From Allobaculum fili (GTDB lineage Bacteria > Bacillota_I > Bacilli_A > Erysipelotrichales > Erysipelotrichaceae): a DNA stretch of 32,000 bases. Made by a program: the position numbers and the translations under genes. Every line of letters begins with the position of its first letter. Positions within the stretch are counted from its first letter, which is position 1. A model generated the notes under the pieces. The model saw nothing but the letters and a program-made list of their open reading frames with translations. It was not told where the DNA came from and ran no database searches. Shown piece by piece: positions 8,231 to 15,801 of the stretch. The DNA is taken from positions 1-32,000 of the forward strand of contig NZ_JAHDSX010000027.1 of NCBI RefSeq assembly GCF_020969955.1, given 5' to 3'.

Positions 8231-9271
8231 TTAGTATTCTTTGGTTTTGGCGTAAATATCGAGGATCAGACGCTTTGTATCTTCCCAGCCCAGGCACGGG
8301 TCGGTAATGCTCTGACCGCGCACATAGTTTTCGCAGATGTCCTGACGGCCTTCAATGAGATAGGATTCGATCATGACGCCTTTAACAAGCTTGCGGATTT
8401 CTGGATGATACTTGCGGTTGTGCATGACGTCCATGACGATGCGGATCTGCTCCTTGTATTTCTTATCGGAGTTGGAATGGTTCGCGTCCACGATGACCGC
8501 CGGGTTGGCGAGACCGGCTTTCTTGTACAGATCGCTGACGATTTTCAGGTCTTCGTAATGGTAGTTCGGGATGGTCTTGCCGTACTTGTCGACGCCGCCG
8601 CGCAAAATGACGTGGGCGAGGGGATTGCCGTCGGTCTGTACGTCATAGCCGCGGTAAATGAAGCGATGAGGATGCTGGGCAGCCGTGACGGAGTTCATCA
8701 TGACGGAAAAGTCGCCGGATGTCGGGTTTTTCATACCGACCGGAATGTCGATGCCGCTGGCGACGAGACGATGCTGCTGGTTTTCGACCGAACGGGCACC
8801 GACCGCTTCGTAGGACAGAATATCGTCCAGAAAGGAACGGTTTTCCGGGTACAGCATTTCATCCGCTGTGGAAAGGCCGGTTTCTTCAATGACACGCAGA
8901 TGCATGCGGCGAATGGCTTTCAGACCTTCAAGCAGGTCGGGCTGTGCGTTTGGATCCGGCTGGTGGAGCATGCCTTTATAGCCGTCTCCAGTCGTTCTTG
9001 GCTTATTGGTGTAGACACGCGGAATGATCATCAGACGGTCTTTAACAATTTCGTTCAGACCGGCGAGCTTGTGGCAGTATTCGAGAACGCTGTCTTCATT
9101 ATCCGCGGAGCAGGGACCGACGATGACGATAAAGCGATCGTCCTTGCCGGTGAAAATGTCCGCAATTTCCTTATCTCTCTGGGCTTTGATGGCTTTGGCT
9201 TTGTCCGACATCGGGATTTCTTCTTTGAGAAGGTCGGGATCGGGCAGCTGATGATTAATATGAATCGACAT
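8231..9271 (-). CDS. aroG: 3-deoxy-7-phosphoheptulonate (DAHP) synthase, class I (AroF/G/H type)
   Basis: The 346-aa translation has the class I-alpha pattern (KDDRFIVIVGPCSADNEDS, ...RVYTNKPRT..GYKG, ..DANHSNS.K). The isozyme, and so the feedback specificity, cannot be assigned from sequence by eye. AAGAGGAAA lies upstream of the ATG. Confidence 0.9.
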   Translation of the reverse strand: MSIHINHQLPDPDLLKEEIPMSDKAKAIKAQRDKEIADIFTGKDDRFIVIVGPCSADNEDSVLEYCHKLAGLNEIVKDRLMIIPRVYTNKPRTTGDGYKGMLHQPDPNAQPDLLEGLKAIRRMHLRVIEETGLSTADEMLYPENRSFLDDILSYEAVGARSVENQQHRLVASGIDIPVGMKNPTSGDFSVMMNSVTAAQHPHRFIYRGYDVQTDGNPLAHVILRGGVDKYGKTIPNYHYEDLKIVSDLYKKAGLANPAVIVDANHSNSDKKYKEQIRIVMDVMHNRKYHPEIRKLVKGVMIESYLIEGRQDICENYVRGQSITDPCLGWEDTKRLILDIYAKTKEY

Positions 9272-9752
9272 ACGTATTGATTTCCTCTTTCAATTTGTTA
9301 CATAAAATTTCATTCGGTTTTCAGTATAGCATTGCACGCTGTAATGAAAAGGAAAGCGTAAAACTCCCAAAGGAGTGCACGAAAAAACGTCAGAAAATCG
9401 ACGAGGAATCCCTGATCCTGTCCGACATCGCCCCCGCATGCAAGATCGAAATGTTACGGACAGAGCTATGTATAGATCCAGCTTTCTGTATAAAACAGAA
9501 GGCGGCAAACGGCGAAGTCAAAGCGAATAATGAAATCCCGCTCTTTCTTACAGGATCACCCGTCAAAAATCGAATCCTTTTCATGCTTTCAGAGAACGGC
9601 CGGACGGGTCAAATGAGATGCCCAGAGCCGGCCGATTCGGACAAAATCGTATCAAAGAAAGGATTTGCATAACTTGGTATGGATTAAGGGGATGTTTAAA
9701 AATGGATTCTTTTTCTGTATCATAGACAAATAGATATGAGGTGAATTTGATT

Positions 9753-10523
9753 ATGAAAACCTACGAAGTTCGACTGGGTTCGAGCGAAGGAGAAAGCACA
9801 GCTCCTTTTAACGGCAAGTCCTTTCGCAAACTGAGCGACGCATCGGCACAGATGAAGCGAATTGTCGCAATGCTTCAGGACGACAACAGCCTGATTTCCG
9901 ACGATCTCGGAATCTGGATTATTCGAAAAAACGCCCGCAAAAATGAGCCGGGAACGCAAACGGAACTGGTTCAGATGCTCTGCGGACTGGATGAAGATAC
10001 CAACGAATTCTGCTACGAAGGCATTTATCATTTGACAGCCTGCACCGATTTTGAACGCATGATTCTGATCGGCGAAAAGAAAGGCAGCTGGCTGGGCGAC
10101 TACAGCGTGCAGATCGCTTCCCAGGGCGTAAGCGAAGTCTGCTTCTTCTCGGATCTGGAAATGATTCTGGAATCCGTTAAGGATCTCAAAGGTACGCCGG
10201 ACCAGATTCGCAACCGCCTGCTGACGATCTACCGTCGTGTCAACGACAAGGAAGCCGAGCCGATTGCGCTGTTCCTCTACACGCTTAAGGACGGCGAGCT
10301 CGTTCTGCAAAGCCGCGTGAACGTCGCCGGTGAAGATCGCGACTTTGAAATGCTCGATCAGTTCATTTTGAGCGAGCAGAATCTGCCGGTTGTAGATGCC
10401 GAAAACGAAACGGCCGAAGAAGCTGCAGAAAAAGCGGAAGAAGCTGCCTTGAAAGAGGAAGCAGAAGAAGCAGCAGAAGAAACCAAAGAAGAAATGATCG
10501 AAGCGGTTTCGGCTCAAGCGTAA
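9753..10523 (+). CDS. Hypothetical protein with E/A-rich acidic C-terminal tail
   Basis: ORF 9741..10523. The ATG at 9753 has GAGGTGA ~8 nt upstream. Codon usage looks coding and a terminator follows. I recognise no family. Confidence 0.6.
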   Translation: MKTYEVRLGSSEGESTAPFNGKSFRKLSDASAQMKRIVAMLQDDNSLISDDLGIWIIRKNARKNEPGTQTELVQMLCGLDEDTNEFCYEGIYHLTACTDFERMILIGEKKGSWLGDYSVQIASQGVSEVCFFSDLEMILESVKDLKGTPDQIRNRLLTIYRRVNDKEAEPIALFLYTLKDGELVLQSRVNVAGEDRDFEMLDQFILSEQNLPVVDAENETAEEAAEKAEEAALKEEAEEAAEETKEEMIEAVSAQA

Positions 10524-10557
10524 TTCTCTTCCAGTACAAAATCATTATTATTCAGGC

Positions 10558-10586
10558 AAAAAAGTCGGTGAAAGCCGGCTTTTTCT
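10558..10586 (+). terminator. Intrinsic terminator after the 9753-10523 gene
   Basis: AAAAAGTCGG / CCGGCTTTTT hairpin with a short loop, followed by a T-run. Confidence 0.55.
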
Positions 10587-10623
10587 GTTGGAATAAATCC
10601 GTTGGAAAAGCACGGTATTGAGC

Positions 10624-10652
10624 TTGCAAACGAAAGTATAGAGAACTATACT
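10624..10652 (+). promoter_or_regulatory. Sigma-70-type promoter of htpG
   Basis: TTGCAA (10624-10629), a 17-nt spacer, then TATACT (10647-10652), immediately upstream of the CIRCE-like repeat. Confidence 0.6.
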
Positions 10653-10653
10653 G

Positions 10654-10680
10654 TTAGCAAGCTTAGAGATTAAGTGCTAA
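10654..10680 (+). promoter_or_regulatory. CIRCE-like inverted repeat (HrcA operator)
   Basis: TTAGCAAGC-N9-AAGTGCTAA compared with the consensus TTAGCACTC-N9-GAGTGCTAA: 7/9 and 8/9 matches with exact 9-nt spacing. It lies between the -10 and the htpG RBS. Confidence 0.65.
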
Positions 10681-10717
10681 TTCGCGTATACGCGCGAGTT
10701 CGATTATGGAGGTCTGA

Positions 10718-12721
10718 ATGTCTGAACGAAAAGAATTCAAGGCGGAATCGCGCCGCCTGCTTGATCTGATGATCAATTCCATTTACACGCACAAGGAAAT
10801 CTTTCTGCGTGAGCTGATTTCGAATGCGTCCGATGCACTCGATAAATACTATCTGGATTCGCTGAAAAACCATAAGATTCCAGAAAAACTGGCGATCCGC
10901 ATCGATTTTGATGAAAACGCAAGAATGCTCACGATTTCCGATAACGGAATCGGCATGACCAAAGAAGAACTCGAAGACAATCTGGGTACCATCGCTAAAT
11001 CCGGCTCGCTTGCCTTCAAGGAAGAGCTCAAGAAGGAAAAGGAAGCCGGTGAAAACCCGGAAGCCAGCAGTGACTCCGAAGCGGCAGCCAATTCCGATGT
11101 CGACATCATCGGTCAGTTTGGCGTCGGCTTCTATTCCGCATTCATGGTCGCGTCCAAAGTCACCGTCGTTTCGAAGGCGCTCGGCAGCGATCAGGCCTGG
11201 AAGTGGGAATCCGATGGAACCGACGGCTATACGATTGAAGAAGCCGAACGGGACGATCATGGTACAACCATCACCCTGCTTCTGAAAGAAGATGACGAAA
11301 ACGAGAAATACTCCGAATATCTGAATTCCTGGAAACTGGAGATGCTCGTTAAGAAATATTCCGACTATATCCGCTATCCAATTGAAATGGATATCACGAC
11401 GCAGAAACCGGTAAAACCGGATGAAGAAGCGAAGGAAGCGGAAGAGCTGGCAGAACCGAAATTCGAAACGGTTACCGAGACACGCACCCTGAACTCCATG
11501 ATTCCGCTCTGGAAAAAACAGAAATCGGAAATCACGCAGGAAGAATTCGATCAGTTCTATCAGGATCATTTCAACAACTACACCAAACCGCTCGATACGA
11601 TCTTCTTCAATATTGACGGTTCGATTTCCTTTACCGCGCTGCTGTACGTACCGTCCAAGCGTCCGGAAAACTTCTACTCCAGCACTTTTAAACCGGGTCT
11701 GGAACTGTATTCGCGCGGCGTACTGATTGAAAGCCACTGCGAGAGCCTGCTCCCGGATTACCTGCGCTTCATGCAGGGTCTGGTCGATTCGCAGGATCTG
11801 TCGCTGAACATTTCGCGTGAAATGCTTCAGCACGATCATCAGCTGCGCTTCATCCGCAAGCAGACCGAACGTAAAGTTCTTTCCGCTCTGGCAAGCATGC
11901 AGGAGAAGAAACCGGAAGACTATCTGAGCTTCTGGAAAAACTTCGGAATCAGCCTGAAGATCGGCATTTACAATTCGCAGGGCGCTGACACCAGCAAGCT
12001 GGAAAACCTGCTCATGTATCCGACCAGCGATGACGGCAAGTACAAATCGCTCAAGGAATTTGTCGCTTCCATGCCGGAAGAAGATAAGGACATTTACTAT
12101 CTGTCTGGAACGAACATCGATACGCTGAACAAGCTGCCGGCAGCGGCCAAGCTGAAAGCCAAAGGCTATCCGGTTCTGTATCTGACCGATGAAGTCGATG
12201 AGTTCATCATCCAGATGATCAGCCAGTACGACGGCCACAGCTTCAAGAACGCCGCTCAGGGCGATCTCGATCTCGATACCGAAGAAGAAAAAGAAGCTCT
12301 GAAGACTCAGAACGAAGAAAACAAGGACCTGCTGACGTACATGAAGGACGTACTGCCTGAAGTCAGCGAAGTCCGTCTGTCCAACCGTCTGGTCGATGAT
12401 CCGGTTATGCTCGTTGCCGGCGACGGCCTCTCCTTTGAAATGGAGCACATCTTTGATGTCTTTGCCAAACAGGCTGGCGAAGACACTAACCCGGGTCTGC
12501 AGGCTTCCCGTATTCTGGAAATCAATCCGAACAACCCGATCTGGAACGTCCTGCGTACAGAGTATGTAACCGATAAGGACAAGGTTAAGGAAATCGCGCA
12601 GATCCTCTACGATCAGGCGTGCCTGATTCAGGGCTTTGCCATTAAGGATCCAGTCGAATACTCCCGCAAGGTCGCTTCGCTGCTGTCGACAATGGCGACT
12701 GCCGATGCGAAAAAGGACTAA
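10718..12721 (+). CDS. htpG: Molecular chaperone HtpG (Hsp90 family)
   Basis: The 667-aa translation starts with the Hsp90 signature (FKAESRRLLDLMINSIYTHKEIFLRELISNASDALDK) and contains GQFGVGFYSAFMVA. GGAGG lies 5 nt before the ATG. Confidence 0.95.
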   Translation: MSERKEFKAESRRLLDLMINSIYTHKEIFLRELISNASDALDKYYLDSLKNHKIPEKLAIRIDFDENARMLTISDNGIGMTKEELEDNLGTIAKSGSLAFKEELKKEKEAGENPEASSDSEAAANSDVDIIGQFGVGFYSAFMVASKVTVVSKALGSDQAWKWESDGTDGYTIEEAERDDHGTTITLLLKEDDENEKYSEYLNSWKLEMLVKKYSDYIRYPIEMDITTQKPVKPDEEAKEAEELAEPKFETVTETRTLNSMIPLWKKQKSEITQEEFDQFYQDHFNNYTKPLDTIFFNIDGSISFTALLYVPSKRPENFYSSTFKPGLELYSRGVLIESHCESLLPDYLRFMQGLVDSQDLSLNISREMLQHDHQLRFIRKQTERKVLSALASMQEKKPEDYLSFWKNFGISLKIGIYNSQGADTSKLENLLMYPTSDDGKYKSLKEFVASMPEEDKDIYYLSGTNIDTLNKLPAAAKLKAKGYPVLYLTDEVDEFIIQMISQYDGHSFKNAAQGDLDLDTEEEKEALKTQNEENKDLLTYMKDVLPEVSEVRLSNRLVDDPVMLVAGDGLSFEMEHIFDVFAKQAGEDTNPGLQASRILEINPNNPIWNVLRTEYVTDKDKVKEIAQILYDQACLIQGFAIKDPVEYSRKVASLLSTMATADAKKD

Positions 12722-12829
12722 AGGGCTGAATTGAGAATTCGATGATTCTCGTTTAACCAGACAACCCAGTTTCGTCTTTGAATCCTGATTTAAAAAATCC
12801 AGCATCATCAAAACCGATTTGAATCTCTG

Positions 12830-12875
12830 CGCAGACGCAGAACCAGAACAGCTCTGGTCAGGCGTCTGCGTTTTT
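12830..12875 (+). terminator. Intrinsic terminator of htpG
   Basis: CGCAGACGC (12830-12838) pairs with GCGTCTGCG (12862-12870), with an inner CCAGA/TCTGG stem, followed by TTTTT. Confidence 0.8.
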
Positions 12876-13172
12876 ATATGGCAATTTTTGCCGCGCCTTT
12901 TGCTGCCTTCCAGGCCGCTTCCAGACGATCGGAATGGCTTCGTCTTTTTGAACAGAACCCCGTTTTTATATCCGTGTCATTCTGGAGTATGGATCAGAGC
13001 AGGAAAAAGCAGAAAAATGTATACTTTCAAAGGCCGCACCTTCTTGGAAAGGTTCGTTCGCATTTTGTATTTCTCTGTCCCAGAAATCGGATAGGAACGC
13101 TGGCAATACTGGTTTCCCCGTCGATCCAGCCAGTGCAGGCGGCCTGCCCAGGAAAAGAAGGATTGATTAAAC

Positions 13173-13850
13173 ATGAATCAGAAACAACCTAAACAGGCAC
13201 AGGAAACCTTCAGCTCGAAAAAGTTCAAGCTGATGATTTACATGACCGCGCTGAGTGCCGGCGCCCTGCTGATCTCCAATCTGGCAGCGGTAAAGCTCTG
13301 GAATATGGGCGGAATCGCCGTCGATGGCGGTCTCGTTCTCTTCCCGCTGACGTATATACTCAGCGACCTGATTGTAGAACTGTACGGAAAAGACCGTTCC
13401 CGCAGCGTAATCTATGCAGGCTTTCTCGTCAACGTGATTGCGGCACTCGTCTTTTATGTCGTAATCGCACTGCCGCCGTATCCCGGCTGGGATATGCAGG
13501 AAGCGTATGCGATGGTGCTTGGTTTTTCGCCCCGCATTATTCTGGGAAGTCTTAGCGGCTATCTGACCAGCAGTCTTCTCAACAACTATCTCTTCGAAAA
13601 AATGCGCGCGTCCTCCGGAATCTTTGCCCGAAGCTTTATCGCGCGTGCGCTGACCTCTTCGGTTTTTGCGCATATTCTCGATACGATCGTATTCGAAACG
13701 ATCGCTTTTCTCGGCGTTCTCTCCTTCCAGGAATTTCTGATGCAGGCTCTGTTTGCCTATATTCTCGGAATGGGACTGGAGTTCGTTCTCTCGCCCGTCG
13801 AAATCGCCATTGAAAAAGCGCTGAAAAAATGGCTGAATGAAAAGCAGTAA
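13173..13850 (+). CDS. yhhQ: Queuosine precursor transporter (YhhQ/DUF165, VUT family)
   Basis: 225-aa polytopic membrane protein. NLAAVKLW...G..VDGGLVLFPLTYILSDLIVELYG fits the YhhQ family. GAAGGA lies ~10 nt before the ATG. Confidence 0.8.
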   Translation: MNQKQPKQAQETFSSKKFKLMIYMTALSAGALLISNLAAVKLWNMGGIAVDGGLVLFPLTYILSDLIVELYGKDRSRSVIYAGFLVNVIAALVFYVVIALPPYPGWDMQEAYAMVLGFSPRIILGSLSGYLTSSLLNNYLFEKMRASSGIFARSFIARALTSSVFAHILDTIVFETIAFLGVLSFQEFLMQALFAYILGMGLEFVLSPVEIAIEKALKKWLNEKQ

Positions 13851-14036
13851 ACCGTTCGAAAACGTACCGGAAAATTCGCATCTCCGATCGAAACAAGAGA
13901 CGAAGCCCTTCTTCCAAAACGCATGAACCGGATGGAAACATCGAGACTTTCGTCCCAAGCAAGGCTTTAAACGAAAAAAACAGTCCAGAAGATGCAGTCT
14001 TTCTGGACGTATCGTGAATACACAGAAAGGCAGGTT

Positions 14037-15350
14037 ATGAATATGGATCAGACATCCGTTTCTTCTGCAGAAGACAGAATGGAAACAAAAGATACGACCC
14101 AGCAAAGCTTTCCCAATCGCTTTTCCTTTGAAATCCTGGAGAGAATTCCAGGCCATCTGGGTCGCGCAGGAATTATTCACACGCCGCACGGGGATATTCA
14201 TACACCTGCATTCATGTGTGTTGGAACCCATGGGGAAGTTCGTTACGTCAGCATGGAGCAGCTGAAGGAAATCTGCGCGCAGGCGATGCTCTCCAACGGC
14301 TACCATCTGCGCGGCCGTTCGCAGGAAATCGCAGATGCCGGCGGTCTGGCGAAGTGGTCCGGCTGGAACAGTCCGACGCTGACGGACTCCGGCGGCTTTC
14401 AGGTCATGTCGCTTGGAAGCGGCATCGGCAAAGTCGTCAGCATGGACCGGGAAAAGGAAGTCGTCAACGCGCCGAAAAAGGAGCGTCTGGCTATTGTCAT
14501 GGAAGACGGCATTCAGTTCCACGATCCATTCACCGATCAGGATGACTTTATCGGTCCGAAAGAATCCATGGAAATTCAGTGCCGGATCGGTGCGGACATT
14601 CATATGGCGTTTGATGAACTGACGTCTCTGGCCGATACGTATGAATACAATAAGGAAGCGCTGGAGCGTACGGAACGCTGGGCGCAGATTTCTCTCGATG
14701 TCCATAAGCAGCACCGCGACGATCTCGGCTATCGCCAGTCGCTTTACGGCGTACTGCAGGGCGGTCGCTGGGAAGATTTGCGCCGCTCGACCGCGAAAAA
14801 GCTTGGTCAGATGGACTTCGATGGATATGGCCTTGGCGGCGCGTTTCTCAAGAGCGATCTTGGAGAAATTCTGAAATGGTGCAACGAAGAACTGCCGGAA
14901 GGTAAGCCTCGCCATCTGCTTGGCCTATCCCGGCCGGATGACATTCTCATCGGTTCGGAAAACGGAGCCGACACCTTTGACTGTGTCGCCCCCACCCGCG
15001 AAGCGCGTCATGGCCGCCTGTATACGAAGTACGGCTACATCAATATCGAAAAGTACGCAGGAAGTCTCGACGTCATCGATGAACACTGCGACTGCCCGGT
15101 ATGCCAGGCCGGCTATACCCGTGATGAACTGCGCGCGCTTCTCAAAAGTCAGGATCCAGAAGACCGGGAGAAGTACTTCACACTGGCCAGCATCCATAAC
15201 CTGCGTTTTACGATCCGCCTGACGGAAGAAATTCGACAGGCTATTCTGGACGGCCGCTTTGAAGAATACAAGCAGCAGTTCATGAAAGACTATTACGGCT
15301 TCTCGCCAAAAGGCGCAGCCAACGAGAAGAAAAATACGAATAAACAATAA
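14037..15350 (+). CDS. tgt: tRNA-guanine transglycosylase (queuine tRNA-ribosyltransferase), divergent
   Basis: ORF 13992..15350; the ATG at 14037 follows GAAAGG. Conserved Tgt elements are visible: HTPAFM.VGT, LTDSGGFQV, GADIHMAFDE, VLQGG, GADTFDCVAPTR, and the Zn site CDCPVC...H. There are extra N-terminal residues and an insertion after DSGGFQ. Confidence 0.85.
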   Translation: MNMDQTSVSSAEDRMETKDTTQQSFPNRFSFEILERIPGHLGRAGIIHTPHGDIHTPAFMCVGTHGEVRYVSMEQLKEICAQAMLSNGYHLRGRSQEIADAGGLAKWSGWNSPTLTDSGGFQVMSLGSGIGKVVSMDREKEVVNAPKKERLAIVMEDGIQFHDPFTDQDDFIGPKESMEIQCRIGADIHMAFDELTSLADTYEYNKEALERTERWAQISLDVHKQHRDDLGYRQSLYGVLQGGRWEDLRRSTAKKLGQMDFDGYGLGGAFLKSDLGEILKWCNEELPEGKPRHLLGLSRPDDILIGSENGADTFDCVAPTREARHGRLYTKYGYINIEKYAGSLDVIDEHCDCPVCQAGYTRDELRALLKSQDPEDREKYFTLASIHNLRFTIRLTEEIRQAILDGRFEEYKQQFMKDYYGFSPKGAANEKKNTNKQ

Positions 15351-15409
15351 ATTCAGAATCCGGTAAACACTTTGCAGACGGTGAACCGGAATACGAACAG
15401 AAATGATTT

Positions 15410-15478
15410 ACGAGCAGAACGTACCGTCCAATTCGTCCGTTGCGCGGATTACTAAGGGCACAGTTCTGCTCGTTTTTT
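15410..15478 (+). terminator. Intrinsic terminator after tgt (long-loop hairpin)
   Basis: ACGAGCAGAAC (15410-15420) pairs with GTTCTGCTCGT (15463-15473), followed by TTTTTT. The loop is unusually long (~42 nt). Confidence 0.55.
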
Positions 15479-15801
15479 CATGTCTTACAGAAACGGGGAA
15501 AGTACAGAAAATGTGTACGTATTGCTCCGTTTTAATACAGACAAATATGGTATACGACTAGATTTTTAAATAAAACAGAGGATTGAAAAAGTAACAGAAA
15601 ATGAAACAAAACTGTAATTAAAAAATACAGGGAAAAACGACATTTTCATGTTGATTTTCCCCACTTTGGGAAAGTGGTTCCATATAGCTCCTACACTGAA
15701 AACAGAAAGGTGCAGGTTCGAGTCAGCTGGTCAGATCGGGCAGTCTGATCATTCGGGTCATTCTCGAACTTCGCACATTTGCTTTGCACGAAGGAGTATG
15801 T

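Noticed and set aside
8030-9280. 416-aa plus-strand ORF opposite DAHP synthase. Similar shadow ORFs lie at 19641-20627, 20820-21749, 21933-22739, 25616-26752, 26831-27472, 9720-10517, 16810-17625, 30098-30850 and 30654-31502.
   Set aside because: Each lies antisense to a gene with strong family-level similarity. All show the typical V/F/R/G-rich mirror composition and lack RBSs.
10670-12811. 713-aa uninterrupted ORF antisense to the whole of htpG
   Set aside because: The plus-strand frame has clear Hsp90 homology, an RBS, a promoter and a terminator. The antisense translation is F/L/I/R/V-rich shadow sequence with no RBS or family resemblance. Long stop-free antisense frames are a known by-product of GAA/GAT/AAG-rich codon usage.
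13982-14008. GTCCAGAA…TTCTGGAC hairpin between yhhQ and tgt as a plus-strand terminator
   Set aside because: On the plus strand it is preceded by an A-run, not followed by a T-run. It would terminate only minus-strand transcription, and no minus-strand gene feeds into it. yhhQ and tgt are therefore probably co-transcribed.
13167-14915. 582-aa ORF antisense to yhhQ and tgt
   Set aside because: It spans two real plus-strand genes and their intergenic hairpin, has R/F/C-rich shadow composition, and has no start context.
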